Below, piece by piece: positions 51,158-64,000 of a stretch of DNA of 64,000 nucleotides (position 1 is the stretch's first letter; the number at the start of each line of letters is the position of its first letter). The position numbers and the translations under genes are program-made. The notes beneath the pieces are model-generated. The model searched no databases and was not told the DNA's origin. It saw only the letters and a program-made list of their open reading frames with translations. The stretch is from an uncultured virus (IMG/VR IMGVR_UViG_3300014159_000004) (taxonomy: Duplodnaviria > Heunggongvirae > Uroviricota > Caudoviricetes): IMG/VR virus record IMGVR_UViG_3300014159_000004. One strand, given 5' to 3'.

Positions 51158-51501
51158 ATCAGCTCGTGAGGTCCAATCTCGGCGGCGACACCCTGCGGCG
51201 CGGAGGTGTGCGGATCGGCTGGCTCGGCGACGCGCCGGCGACGAGCGCGCCGGCCACGACTCCGCCCCCGGTGCCCGCCGCGGGGCCGGCGCCGGCGACG
51301 CCCGCCGCGACTGCGCCCGCGGCCGCACCCGCGTCAGCCCCGACGAGCCCGCCCGCCGCTGGCGACAAGACCAAGGGCGACGCCGCAGCGGGTCCCCTGG
51401 CGGCCCTCGAGCGCCTGCCGACCCTCGCGAAGGTCGGCATCGGCGTGGGTGTCGCCGCGGTCGTCGTCGGCATCGGCGCGGCCATCGCGGCGGCAAAATA
51501 G
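51154..51501 (+). CDS. small Pro/Ala-rich membrane protein with the shared motif
   Basis: DTLRRGGVRIGWLGDA; C-terminal TM similar to that of the upstream gene (AKVGIG.GVA). Confidence 0.7.
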   Translation: MNQLVRSNLGGDTLRRGGVRIGWLGDAPATSAPATTPPPVPAAGPAPATPAATAPAAAPASAPTSPPAAGDKTKGDAAAGPLAALERLPTLAKVGIGVGVAAVVVGIGAAIAAAK

Positions 51502-51510
51502 CGGGGACCC

Positions 51511-52392
51511 GTGCACGTCGAGTCCTGGGAGAGCGTGACGCCGCCGAGGCGGTTCGCTCGGGCGCTGGGCCTCGCGGCCACGAGCGGTGGGCGCGCGACC
51601 CGCAACTCGGTCCTCGACGCCTTCGTCAAGGTGCAGTCGCCGTGGGAGGGCGTCGCGCACGTCATGTACACCGACAAGCTCGGTCTGGTGACCACGGCGA
51701 TCGGCTACTTGATTGATTCGAACAAGATCGCGACGCCGATGGCCGACATGAGCGGCTACGGCCCGGCGCTCGTCATCCCCTGGGTGCACAAGTCCGACGG
51801 CAAGCCCGCGACGCAGGCCGAGATCATCCAGGACTGGCAGACGGTCAAGAGCGCGCACAACCAGTCGGGCGGCTACGACCTGCCGAACGACAAGAAGATC
51901 ACGCAGCTCGAGATCCCCGATCTGGTCGTGCAGGACCTGACCGCATCGCGGATGGCCGACAACGAGAAGGTGCTGCTCCAGTCGTTTCCGAACTTCACGA
52001 GCTTCCCCGCCGACGCGCAGATGGCCATCCACGGCATGGCGTGGGCCATGGGCGCGGGGTTCGTGCCCGCCTACGGCTTTCACGCGTTCGCCGACGCCGC
52101 CAACCGCGGCGACTGGGCGACGGCGAAGGCGCACAGCGACTTCAAGGGCGTCTCGCCCGAACGCAAGGCGGGGCAGGACAAGATGTTCGACAACGCGGCC
52201 GCCGTCGTCGCGAATAAGCTCGACCCGGACAAGCTCTGGTACCCGCAGAGCGTCCCGACGACGGCGATCGGTCACGCGCTCGCCCAGCTGCGGCGGCCGG
52301 CGGTCGCGGCGGCAGTCACGCTGGCCGTCGCGGCGGTCGGCGGCGGGATCTACCTGGCGACGCGCCCGGTGCCCAGGCGGGTGCCCGCGTGA
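51511..52392 (+). CDS. membrane-anchored lysozyme (GH24/T4-like)
   Basis: WEGVAHVMYTDKLGLVTTAIG gives E-x8-D-x5-T; C-terminal TM. Confidence 0.8.
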   Translation: MHVESWESVTPPRRFARALGLAATSGGRATRNSVLDAFVKVQSPWEGVAHVMYTDKLGLVTTAIGYLIDSNKIATPMADMSGYGPALVIPWVHKSDGKPATQAEIIQDWQTVKSAHNQSGGYDLPNDKKITQLEIPDLVVQDLTASRMADNEKVLLQSFPNFTSFPADAQMAIHGMAWAMGAGFVPAYGFHAFADAANRGDWATAKAHSDFKGVSPERKAGQDKMFDNAAAVVANKLDPDKLWYPQSVPTTAIGHALAQLRRPAVAAAVTLAVAAVGGGIYLATRPVPRRVPA

Positions 52393-52712
52393 ACCGCTCC
52401 GGCAAGTCCAGCCTCTCCGCGTTCAAGTGCCCGCTGTGCGGGTGCTCGGAGTGGGGATCCAGCTACAACTTCGACGGGCCCGGCGACACGCCGGCCGACC
52501 CGAAGGCGACGGGGCTCGACCAGGGCGGCCGGTCGGCGCGGTTCGAGGGGACGTTCACGCGGCACTGCCACGGCTACGTCCCCGCTCCCGACGGCAGCGG
52601 CTACAAGTCGTGCGGCTACAAGTGGAACTCGAAGGACGACGCGAAGCACGGGGTCGAGCCGCCGTCGCAGAAGAGCGTGCACGGCTGGACGCCGCCGAAG
52701 GTGCCGTCGTGA
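52389..52712 (+). CDS. small zinc-ribbon protein
   Basis: CPLCG ... CHG ... CGYKW. Confidence 0.65.
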   Translation: MNRSGKSSLSAFKCPLCGCSEWGSSYNFDGPGDTPADPKATGLDQGGRSARFEGTFTRHCHGYVPAPDGSGYKSCGYKWNSKDDAKHGVEPPSQKSVHGWTPPKVPS

Positions 52713-53761
52713 GTCGCGAGCCCGCCCACCAGCGACCGGGCGCGCGCGTCCGGTACAACTACACGGACGGCCCGGTCCCCGCGGGCACGTTGGGTACGAT
52801 CCTCGGGTTTCTGCCGCGGAGCCAGCAGGCTCAGATCCGGTGGGACGACGACACCGTCAACAACCACACGCCCGACGAGTACGACGTGGTCCCGCGCGGG
52901 ACGAGGCGACCGATTGGTGAAGCGCAAGACGTTCTCGCCGCCAAATATTTCGAACGCGGTGCTCGACTGCGTATCCGCAGCAAGGGGGCAAACGGGCAAC
53001 CGTTCGAGGCGTTCTGGTTCTTGGTTCCGTCTGAGATGACTCCTGAGGAGGTTGCACTGCAGTTCGCGCAGACCGTGCAACCAGGCATGCTCCTCGAGAT
53101 CGAGGAAGGCGGCGGTGTGAAGCGGACATTTCGGCAGAACGGTGACGGAACAGTCACGCCCGTACCGAACGTCTCTGGGCGCCTTCGGGAGATAGGTGAG
53201 TCACGCCGCCAGACGAAGTGGTCCGACTGGGACATCCTCGACGCCGTCGAGCGCCGCCACGGGATGACGCCCGAGGCGAAAGCCCGCGCCTTCGAACTCA
53301 TCGACCTCGGGTACATCGACGCGGCGGGGACGTGGGAGCTCACGCCCAGAGGGCGTCGCGCCTGGGAGCGCGACGCGCCGAAGGGTGGGTGGTCGAACAG
53401 GCACCAGCAGGCGCCCCGACTCGAAGCGCGTCGACAGATGCGCCGGCAAACCGTTCACGCGGCACCCACTAGCGGCTGGACCTCCGGCAAGCGACCGAGC
53501 CACGCCGAGATCTGGGCGGACGGCAAGCCGATCACCGTCGCTAAATCCGGGCGCAAGTGGACGGTCACCGTCATGGGCCGACCCGTCGTCAACGGCGCGT
53601 CCGGCGGGCTCACGTTCGAGGGTCGCTCGGACTACGTCGACGGCCTCACACAGGCGAGGTTCAACAGCAAGGGCGACGCCGACTCCGTCGCGCACAAGAT
53701 CGGCCGGTACATGCTCAACCTCGGTGACTTCGTCCACACGTACGTGGAGCACGTCGGATGA
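52709..53761 (+). CDS. modular hypothetical protein (four small domains)
   Basis: GTGA coupling; SH3-like, unknown, winged-helix-like and unknown modules. Confidence 0.65.
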   Translation: MSREPAHQRPGARVRYNYTDGPVPAGTLGTILGFLPRSQQAQIRWDDDTVNNHTPDEYDVVPRGTRRPIGEAQDVLAAKYFERGARLRIRSKGANGQPFEAFWFLVPSEMTPEEVALQFAQTVQPGMLLEIEEGGGVKRTFRQNGDGTVTPVPNVSGRLREIGESRRQTKWSDWDILDAVERRHGMTPEAKARAFELIDLGYIDAAGTWELTPRGRRAWERDAPKGGWSNRHQQAPRLEARRQMRRQTVHAAPTSGWTSGKRPSHAEIWADGKPITVAKSGRKWTVTVMGRPVVNGASGGLTFEGRSDYVDGLTQARFNSKGDADSVAHKIGRYMLNLGDFVHTYVEHVG

Positions 53762-54075
53762 CCGAGTCCGTCTCCCGCGGCGGCCGCCCGGCGCCAGGCT
53801 TCGCCCTGGGCGACGCGTCGCCCGCGTGCGCCGCGTGCCCCGCGGCGCTGCCGTCCGGGTCGAGCGCGGCGGCCCTGCTCGGCGGCGACTGGCGCGCGCT
53901 GCCGCTGGCCGTCGGGCACACGGCCCTGCGCGCGACGCTCGTCGGCGCGGGTCTCTACCTCGCCGGCGAGCGCGATCCCAAGCGCCTGGTCAAGAACGCG
54001 GCGGCCGGCTCGCTCGCGATTGAGGCGTTCGTGCTCGGGTGGGCGGCTTGGAAGCTGAGGCATAGCGCGCCCTAG
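53758..54075 (+). CDS. small membrane protein with the shared N-terminal motif
   Basis: MTESVSRGGRPAPGFALGDA; hydrophobic helices. Confidence 0.7.
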   Translation: MTESVSRGGRPAPGFALGDASPACAACPAALPSGSSAAALLGGDWRALPLAVGHTALRATLVGAGLYLAGERDPKRLVKNAAAGSLAIEAFVLGWAAWKLRHSAP

Positions 54076-54099
54076 CGACTTGTACGGTAAGCTGCGCCG

Positions 54100-57069
<2,970 letters not shown>

Positions 57070-57073
57070 AGCG

Positions 57074-58399
57074 GTGACCTCTCCCGCAGTCGTCCAGTCG
57101 GCCGTCATCAACGCGGCTGGGCCGCCGATGACGGCGAACTTCTCGCTCGCGCAGACCGCCGGCAACTGGAACATCGTCGTCAGCGGCCCCCCGGGAGGGC
57201 AGAGTACCGGCATCCCGACGGACACCAGCGGCAACACCTACGAGCTGGCGGTCGTGAACCTCGCTACCGCGGGGCAGTGCCAGGACGCGTACGTCTACGT
57301 CTGCAAGGGCATCAAGGCCGCCGGCGCCGGCGCCAACACCGTCTCGATCCCGTACGCCCCCGGCGGCGGGGGGGCCCCGCCCGACTGTCTGATCCTGGAG
57401 GTCAGCGGGGCCGCCGGCATCGGTGCTATCGCGGGCGCTGGTCAGAACAACAGCGGCGGCGGCTCCGTCTCGGTCTCGCTGACGACGCTGGCCTCTAGCT
57501 CGCTGGTGCTCGCCTGCGGGATGAGTGACAACGGGTGGGTCAGCGTCTCGGGATCATTTACCGAGGTGGCGCTCACGCCGGACACGTACGGTGGTGTCTG
57601 GCAGGACTCGGTCTCGACGCCGTCGACGGTCACGTGCAGCCTCACGCAGTCGGCCGGGTCGTGGTGCATCGCGGCGATCGAGCTGACGTCGGTCGCGCAG
57701 CCGGCGAGACCGTCGCCCGTACAGCAGATCAACGGGACCGGGCTATCGCAGACATTTTACTCCGCGCAGAACGCCGGCGACTCGAACCTCTTCGTCGTGC
57801 AGCTCGGGGCGACGAGCACGCCCACGATCACGGTCGCGGACGACGCGAACGGCGCGTACGACACCGCTTCGGCGCTCGAGTACAACCCGGCGAGCGGCCT
57901 GTACTTCCAGTTTTTCTGGTACCCGAACACCGCCGCCGCCGCCGCGGGAACGAACACCGTCACGGCCACCGTCACGGGCGGCGGCACGCTGTCCAACGAG
58001 TACACGTACGCGATCGAGGTCGCGGGCCTCGCGACGACGGGGACCTTCTACACCTCGGGGCAGACGTCGCAGAAGACGACGGCGTCCGGTTACACGCCGC
58101 CGGCCACCTCGGGCTCGTACGCGACCGCGAGCGCGTACCAATTCGCGCTCGCTTGGTTCTACAGCACGGGCGACGACATGCAGCAGGGCGCCGAGAGCAA
58201 CTTGATCGGGTACCTGCCGAACGGCGGAGTAGCGGCCAATGGGCTCGAGTACCAGATCACGGGGGCGAGCGGGTCGACTGTCCAAGCGACCGCCACCTTC
58301 CAGAGTTCGGCCGACGCGGTCTACGCGCAGATCGCCGGTTTCAACGCGGCGCCCGCGACGACGACCTTCGACGCCGTCGGCTTTGGCGCCGAGGTCTGA
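57074..58399 (+). CDS. two-domain beta-rich Ser/Thr/Gly protein (spike or receptor-binding candidate)
   Basis: internal duplication (VVQ...AQTAGN / PVQ...AQNAGD; GANTV / GTNTV). Confidence 0.7.
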   Translation: MTSPAVVQSAVINAAGPPMTANFSLAQTAGNWNIVVSGPPGGQSTGIPTDTSGNTYELAVVNLATAGQCQDAYVYVCKGIKAAGAGANTVSIPYAPGGGGAPPDCLILEVSGAAGIGAIAGAGQNNSGGGSVSVSLTTLASSSLVLACGMSDNGWVSVSGSFTEVALTPDTYGGVWQDSVSTPSTVTCSLTQSAGSWCIAAIELTSVAQPARPSPVQQINGTGLSQTFYSAQNAGDSNLFVVQLGATSTPTITVADDANGAYDTASALEYNPASGLYFQFFWYPNTAAAAAGTNTVTATVTGGGTLSNEYTYAIEVAGLATTGTFYTSGQTSQKTTASGYTPPATSGSYATASAYQFALAWFYSTGDDMQQGAESNLIGYLPNGGVAANGLEYQITGASGSTVQATATFQSSADAVYAQIAGFNAAPATTTFDAVGFGAEV

Positions 58400-58474
58400 A
58401 ATTTTGGCCGCGGGAGACTCGATGTTCGGCTCTCCTGATAGCGCCGAGCACCGCTTGACGTAGGCTCGTACCCT

Positions 58475-59440
58475 GTGGCGCGCCCCGGCCTGTTCGACAC
58501 CGACGGCGTCCCGTGGGGCTGGTTCGACACCTGCGGCCAGGACCAGGGCTGGTTCGACCGCGACCTGCTCACGTACCCGGCCGCCGTACCGCCGCCACCA
58601 CCCCCGCCGAAACCGCGTCCGCGTCCGCGCCCAGTCGCCGGGGGCGGCGGCGGCGGGGGCGTCATCGTCCCATACTGCCCGCCCGACTGGCTGAAGCTCT
58701 TCTACACGGACCCGGACGCCCTGCCGGTCGAGTGCGACGACGAGCCGACCGAGATCGGGGCGGAAGCGGAGACCGACTACGCCCTGCTGTACCTGCCGGG
58801 CGGCGCCCGAGGGTCCCCCGTCCGCGCGCTCGCCTCCGGCGTCGTCGAGCGGGTCGTGGACAGCCGGGGGCGCACGGCGGTCGTGCTGACGGCCGCCGAC
58901 GGCACGCGGTACTGGTACGCGGACCTCGGCCGCGTCGACGTCGCGCACGGCGCCCGCGTCGAGGTCGACCAGGTCATCGCGCGGACCAAGCCGGGCGCGC
59001 GGCCCATCCCGACGGTGGTCCCCGCGCCGGCGGCGCCCGCGGATCCGGCGAGCGCGCCCGCGCAGTCGCCGGTCGGCGCCCTGCCGGCCGGCCCCCCGAG
59101 TCCGGCGCCGAGACTGAAGCCGGCGCAGGTGGTGTTCGTCGAGGCCCCGCCGCCGGCCGAGGAGCCGAGCCGCCCACGCGTCGAGCCGCCTGCAGGACCG
59201 ACCCGGCCCCCGGTCCAGCCCGGGGCCGTGGTGTGGATGCTCCTGCCGAAGCCCGGGACCCAGCCGGAGCCTCCCCCGGCGCCGGCGGTCCGCGCGACCC
59301 CGATCCGCGACGCGATCCTGAGTCTGAGCCTCGTCGCCGCGCTGCTCTCCGCGGCCTACTTGCTGGACCGCAGGGCGAAGGCGTCGCGGCAGAAGAGGGG
59401 GCGGAGGCGCAAGGGGCGCCCGGGTCGCCGGCGGTCGTGA
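58475..59440 (+). CDS. M23-peptidase-like (probably inactive) protein with Pro-rich linker and C-terminal TM
   Basis: GSPVRALASGVV...G..VVL...DGTRYWYADL...V..G.RV...QVIA; zinc ligands missing. Confidence 0.7.
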   Translation: MARPGLFDTDGVPWGWFDTCGQDQGWFDRDLLTYPAAVPPPPPPPKPRPRPRPVAGGGGGGGVIVPYCPPDWLKLFYTDPDALPVECDDEPTEIGAEAETDYALLYLPGGARGSPVRALASGVVERVVDSRGRTAVVLTAADGTRYWYADLGRVDVAHGARVEVDQVIARTKPGARPIPTVVPAPAAPADPASAPAQSPVGALPAGPPSPAPRLKPAQVVFVEAPPPAEEPSRPRVEPPAGPTRPPVQPGAVVWMLLPKPGTQPEPPPAPAVRATPIRDAILSLSLVAALLSAAYLLDRRAKASRQKRGRRRKGRPGRRRS

Positions 59441-59507
59441 GGCGCGGGGAAAAGCAGCGGTCACCGGAGCCGGAAGCTGGTAGGATCCCCGAAAAGGAGC
59501 GGCGCCC

Positions 59508-59825
59508 ATGGAGCACATCGTCAGAAACGGTCGCCCGGTCAGGTTCGGCCTGGGCGGCGTCAGTGACGCGGCGGCGCTCGCGCCCGTCTCCCAGAGAGTC
59601 GCCGCGAAGATCGCGTCCGTGGCGGTCGGCGCGCTGACGGTCGGCGTGCTCGGGACCATGGTCGGGGCGGGCATCTCGCTCCTGGACACCAAGAAGCTGC
59701 GCCCCGCCACGGTGGGGCAGGGCGCGGCGGTGGGCGCCGCGCTCGGCGGCGCGATGGGCCTGTTCACGGAGGTGAGCGTCCGCACCGTCCCCGCTGCGGA
59801 CGCGAAGGGCGGAGTGTCGACATGA
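59508..59825 (+). CDS. small 2-TM protein with the shared N-terminal motif
   Basis: MEHIVRNGRPVRFGLGG; AAGGAG RBS. Confidence 0.72.
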   Translation: MEHIVRNGRPVRFGLGGVSDAAALAPVSQRVAAKIASVAVGALTVGVLGTMVGAGISLLDTKKLRPATVGQGAAVGAALGGAMGLFTEVSVRTVPAADAKGGVST

Positions 59826-62161
59826 GGAAGCACCTGATCGGGGCCGGTGAGAGCATCTCCAGGAACGGGCAGTCGGTCGGCCTGGGCCTCGCGTGCTGGC
59901 CGCGCGAGTGGGAGCCCGACCCCGGCGGCGGCCGGGTCGGCGACGTCGGCGTGGGCTTCCACTTCGACGTCGGCCACCTGATCAAGGGCGCGCTCAAGGA
60001 CGTGGGCAAGGTCGCCTCCGCCCCGGTGCACATCGCGGTCGAGGCGGTGAAGGACCCGAAGAAGCTGATCCACGACATCGGCCACGTGGCCAAGGACGTG
60101 GTCAAGATCGAGAAGTTCGTGCTCGAACAGGCCGCGGGGATCTGCTCGCTCGTCCCCGGCCTCGGCACCGCGATCTCGACCGCCATCGCCGCCGGGCTCG
60201 CGGTGCTCGAGGGCGGCGGCGTGCTCGAGATCGCGATCAAGATCGCCTACGGCGCCATCCCGATCCCGCCCGGCATCAAGACCTTCACGGACCTGGTGCT
60301 CGGGGCCGTGCTCGACATCGTGAGCGCGATCCTCAAGGAGGGCACCAACCTCGGCAAGGTTTTGGAGCGCCTCATCGCCGAGGAGATGGCCAAGGCGCTG
60401 CCGGACAACGTCCGGGCCGCGGGCACCACCATGCTCACCGCCCTCACGCCGACGGTGCTGCAGGCGCTGACCGGCAAGCTGCCCGGCCTGCCGTCGGCCT
60501 CGTCGGTCGCGTCGGCGGCGGGGCTACCGGCCGTCCCGTCGGTCTCCTCGATCGCGGCGGCGCTGCCGACGCCGTCGGTCCCGGGCGTCACCGGGGTCGG
60601 CGACAAGGTCGACGACTTCGTGGCCCAGCTGAAAGCGCAGTACGCGGCGATGAACTTGCCGGCGAGCGTCAAGTCGCAGACCGACCCGGTCTTCAACGCG
60701 CTCGTCTCGATGGTCCACTCGATGAACGTGGGCCCCGCGATCCTCCTGACCGTGCGCACCGGGATCACCTCGAAGCTGCCCGCCGGCGTCGCGCGCGACG
60801 TGGGCCTGCACGTCTTCGACACGCTCGCGCACCTCATCCTGGGCAAGCTGTTCAAGGGCAAGCCGACGCAGGCCACCGTGACCACCGCGCTCACCCCGGC
60901 GCAGCTCACCGCCGTGCACCTCGCGGCCGCTCGCGGCGCGCCGCTGCCGGCGAGTGTCACGCCGATCCCGCCGACGGTGGCCGCGTACAAGCCGATCGCC
61001 AAGGCCGAGGTGGCGCAGAGCACCGTCGTCTCGGTCCCGGTCATCGCGGTCGACAGCAGCCCCTACGGGCCCTACCCGCAGCCGAGCGCCGGCGCGACCC
61101 CGTCGACCGCGGCGCCCGCGATGGCGCCGCCGCCCGTGCCTGCTGTGAGTGCGTCGACGCCGGCGACCGCCGCTGCCGCGCCCATGTCGACGCCGGCGGC
61201 CACGTCCCCAGCCGGCACGACCGCGGGCGTCGGCGAGAGCAGCTGCCCGCAGGAGCCGGTCCCGAGCGGCTGGCGCGTGTGGCAGGGTCCCGTGCCGCCC
61301 GAGCTCGTGCAGTTGGCCGTCGAGGTGCGCGACCACGTCCGGCAGTACCCGCGCGGCACGATCGCCAAGACGGTCGACTACCGGGGATCCGCGGTCGCCG
61401 CCTTCGTGAGCAGCCACACGTGGACGTACCGCAACGGCCAGCTCGTCACCGGGATCTGCATCCCCGGCGTGTCGCTGCTGGTCCGGCCGACCGCGGACGT
61501 CGGCACCAGTCGCGGCGGCGGCGGTGGTGGTGGACGCGGCGGGGGTGGTGGTCGTGGCGGTGGCGGCGGTGGGGGGCACCCCGGGCGCCCGGGAGGGCGC
61601 GGTGGTTTCGACGGGTGGGCAGGCGGCCGGGGGCGCCCGTGGGGTCGGGGCGGCTACGGCTGGGGGTGGGGCGGCGCGTGGTGGCCGTACGTCGTCGTCA
61701 CCAGCGACGCCGCGTGCGCGAGCTGGGGTGACCCGATCAGCTTCCCGGCGAAGCTGCTGTCGGCCGCGCGCGCGACGCTCACCGACTCGGGCTGGGCCCC
61801 GGTCGTCGTCCGCGGCTCGGACGGTGGGCTCTACCTGCTCAGCCTCGAGCCCGGCGTGCCGACGGGGGGGCCGGTCGCGCAGCTCGTCACGATCCGCCCG
61901 TGCGTCTCGGTGGGGGTCGGCGACGCGAACGACGACGTCCTCAAGGCGATGGCACTCGATCTGCTCGGCCAACTGCAGCGCAGCGTACCGCAGGGCGCGA
62001 CGCGCGCGGTGAAGAACTTCGCGCAGGCGTGGAACGCCGCGAGCGCCGACTCACAGATCGACACCAGCGGCAAGTACACGCAGGAGACCGCGGCGGCGCT
62101 CAACGCGGCTTTGAGCGCGCTCGCGCCTGGATCAGGGTCGGCGCCGGCGGCCGTGCTCTAG
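59822..62161 (+). CDS. large multidomain virion-type protein with GVGD/E-delimited modules
   Basis: amphipathic and hydrophobic N-terminal region, Gly/Arg-rich segment, C-terminal PG-binding-like motif. Confidence 0.7.
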   Translation: MRKHLIGAGESISRNGQSVGLGLACWPREWEPDPGGGRVGDVGVGFHFDVGHLIKGALKDVGKVASAPVHIAVEAVKDPKKLIHDIGHVAKDVVKIEKFVLEQAAGICSLVPGLGTAISTAIAAGLAVLEGGGVLEIAIKIAYGAIPIPPGIKTFTDLVLGAVLDIVSAILKEGTNLGKVLERLIAEEMAKALPDNVRAAGTTMLTALTPTVLQALTGKLPGLPSASSVASAAGLPAVPSVSSIAAALPTPSVPGVTGVGDKVDDFVAQLKAQYAAMNLPASVKSQTDPVFNALVSMVHSMNVGPAILLTVRTGITSKLPAGVARDVGLHVFDTLAHLILGKLFKGKPTQATVTTALTPAQLTAVHLAAARGAPLPASVTPIPPTVAAYKPIAKAEVAQSTVVSVPVIAVDSSPYGPYPQPSAGATPSTAAPAMAPPPVPAVSASTPATAAAAPMSTPAATSPAGTTAGVGESSCPQEPVPSGWRVWQGPVPPELVQLAVEVRDHVRQYPRGTIAKTVDYRGSAVAAFVSSHTWTYRNGQLVTGICIPGVSLLVRPTADVGTSRGGGGGGGRGGGGGRGGGGGGGHPGRPGGRGGFDGWAGGRGRPWGRGGYGWGWGGAWWPYVVVTSDAACASWGDPISFPAKLLSAARATLTDSGWAPVVVRGSDGGLYLLSLEPGVPTGGPVAQLVTIRPCVSVGVGDANDDVLKAMALDLLGQLQRSVPQGATRAVKNFAQAWNAASADSQIDTSGKYTQETAAALNAALSALAPGSGSAPAAVL

Positions 62162-62182
62162 CCCAGGGATCAGAACCCCAAA

Positions 62183-63235
62183 ATGTCCAATCCGCGCGAG
62201 ACGTGCCCGACCGGATCCGCCGGCCAAACCGGCCCGACCGGCCCGACCGGCGCGACCGGTCCGACCGGCGCGCCCGGTCCGACCGGCGCGCCCGGCTCGG
62301 CCAGCAACACCGGCGCGACCGGACCGACCGGGTTCACGGGGCCGACGGGCGTCCCGGGCTCCGCGACGAACACGGGTGCGACTGGGGCGACCGGCTTCAC
62401 GGGGCCGACGGGTGCGACCGGAGCTCCGGGCTCGGCGACCAACACGGGCGCGACGGGGCCGACCGGCTCCACGGGGCCGACGGGTGCTCCGGGCACCGCC
62501 TCGAACACGGGAGCGACGGGGCCGACCGGGGTCGCCGGACCGACGGGGGCGACCGGCGCGACGGGGGCGACCGGCGCGCCTTCGAACGTCACCGGGCCCA
62601 CCGGTTCGGGGAACACCGGACCGACGGGGCCCGCCGGTCCTCAGGGGACCGGAATGACCGGGCCGACCGGGCCGACCGGGCCGGTCGGGGGGCCGACGGG
62701 ACCGACCGGGGCGGCCGCGACCGGGTCTACGGGACCGACCGGCGCGACAGGGCCGAGCGTAGCGACGTCCATCTCGGGGACGGGGACCAACGAGTTCACC
62801 GGCGTCGGCACGCTCGTCGACATCACGTCCACCGAGACCGTGCTGGCGTCTGGAGACACGTACGCGGTCAAGGGGTTCACCGGCGAGATCCAGACGCCCA
62901 GCGACGCGTTCGTGACCATCGCGTCGTTCACCCCTCCCACCAACTCCGCGGGCGACTGGTCTGTCACGCTCCTCGGCCTCGACGTCACGGGAGCGCCGCC
63001 GGTGCCCGGCAACTTCTACCGAGCCGACGTCACGTTCTCCCACGTGCGCGCCGCTGGCGCGCCGACGCTCTACCCGGCGACGCCCGCCGCGACCAACGTC
63101 GTGTCGAACGGGACGGGCTCGACGTACGCGGTCCAGGTCGTCCTGTCGGGCAACATCATCGAGATCCAGGTCGCCGGCAACGCCGCCACGGACGTGGACT
63201 GGAGCGTCATCGGTCAGCTCCAAGCGGTGACCTGA
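62183..63235 (+). CDS. short collagen-like protein
   Basis: about 180 aa G-X-T repeats; C-terminal domain similar to that of 12911..18409. Confidence 0.88.
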   Translation: MSNPRETCPTGSAGQTGPTGPTGATGPTGAPGPTGAPGSASNTGATGPTGFTGPTGVPGSATNTGATGATGFTGPTGATGAPGSATNTGATGPTGSTGPTGAPGTASNTGATGPTGVAGPTGATGATGATGAPSNVTGPTGSGNTGPTGPAGPQGTGMTGPTGPTGPVGGPTGPTGAAATGSTGPTGATGPSVATSISGTGTNEFTGVGTLVDITSTETVLASGDTYAVKGFTGEIQTPSDAFVTIASFTPPTNSAGDWSVTLLGLDVTGAPPVPGNFYRADVTFSHVRAAGAPTLYPATPAATNVVSNGTGSTYAVQVVLSGNIIEIQVAGNAATDVDWSVIGQLQAVT

Positions 63236-63236
63236 C

Positions 63237-64000
63237 GTGCAGGTCGTCCATCCGGACCGGAGAATATGGACGCCGAGGCGAGCTAGCCCGTCGGCGGATG
63301 GGTTGTTGGCGGCTCCGCCGCCGCTCGGTCTGGGACTCAAGCAGCGGGTGAGCAAGGGGGCTTGGTACGACGCCCTGCTCAGCATCCCCGACTGCGTGCT
63401 CCTCATCGATGCCAGCACGAGCAGCAGCGTCACGCTCAGCGGTTCGCACGTGTCTGCGCTGGCCGATCTTTCGGGTCAAGGAAACAACTTCACCCAGGCT
63501 ACTGGGGCAATGCAGCCACCGTACAACTTGACCGGCATCAACGGTCTGCCGTCCGTGGACACGCGCGCAGCCGTGAGCCAGAAAATCATGGACTGCGTCA
63601 ACCCAGGCACGTCGATATTGACTGGATCTGGGGCCACGTCCGTGATCGTCTTTGACCCGGTCGCCGCCGCATCCCAAGCGGGGATCGGGGCATTCTCAGA
63701 GCACTGGGGTAATACCGGTGTAGCTCAGGACCTATTTCCTTATACGGACGGAAATTTCTACGACACATGGTTCACGACCGTGCGAAAGGCGATCTCTGGG
63801 ATCGTGCTGGGCAGCGCGTTCGCGTACGCCACCACCTCAGAGACTGGAAACTTCACGGCCTACCAAAACAACGTCCAAGTTTTCACTACGTCAAGCAACA
63901 GCACGGGATCGGACGGCAGCAACCCGAGCATGTTCGGCGATTCACTCGCGCAGGACGACTGGTGGATGGGTCTATTCAGTCTCCGGGCTGCGTGGAATCG
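63237..64000 (+). CDS. LamG/concanavalin-like domain protein, truncated by the window edge (absent from ORF track)
   Basis: manual translation from GTG 63237: ...LLIDASTSSSVTLSGSHVSALADLSGQGNNFTQATGAMQP...INGLPSV...; open to the end of the window. Confidence 0.7.
   Translation, partial: MQVVHPDRRIWTPRRASPSADGLLAAPPPLGLGLKQRVSKGAWYDALLSIPDCVLLIDASTSSSVTLSGSHVSALADLSGQGNNFTQATGAMQPPYNLTGINGLPSVDTRAAVSQKIMDCVNPGTSILTGSGATSVIVFDPVAAASQAGIGAFSEHWGNTGVAQDLFPYTDGNFYDTWFTTVRKAISGIVLGSAFAYATTSETGNFTAYQNNVQVFTTSSNSTGSDGSNPSMFGDSLAQDDWWMGLFSLRAAWN

Overview
This very GC-rich, gene-dense window has many genes coupled by overlapping stop/start codons. It has no housekeeping, rRNA or tRNA genes and no recognisable terminase, portal, tail-tube, tape-measure or integrase gene. 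It reads as part of a large virus or provirus genome; a myxobacterial host is suggested by one lipoprotein. Left to right: small early-type genes with a RelE/XRE toxin-antitoxin pair (0-4 kb); a methyl/glycosyltransferase cluster (4.1-11.6 kb); a very long Gly-X-Thr collagen fibre (12.9-18.4 kb); an operon of nine acidic proteins including an Ocr-like DNA mimic (19.0-24.9 kb); cell-wall enzymes, more glycosyltransferases, an HNH-AP2 nuclease, small membrane proteins and a Fic toxin-antitoxin pair (25-34 kb); GroES-like, RadC-like, LysM and transglutaminase-like genes (35-42 kb); and a putative structural operon (42.8-64 kb) with a Lys/Arg-rich core polyprotein, a candidate major capsid protein, a GIY-YIG nuclease, membrane-anchored proteins, a lysozyme and two more collagens. 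The most striking unexplained signals are two short peptide motifs shared by otherwise unrelated proteins. The first, E-x-[VIL]-x-R-x-G...G-F-G-[VL]-G-(D/A), marks membrane and capsid-type proteins. The second, [AV]-x-E-[AS]-R-R-R / R-V-R-E, marks the core protein and the acidic anti-defence-like proteins. I infer a virion sorting/maturation code in a possibly tailless, membrane-containing virus. All family assignments come from motif recognition by eye; no database searches were run.
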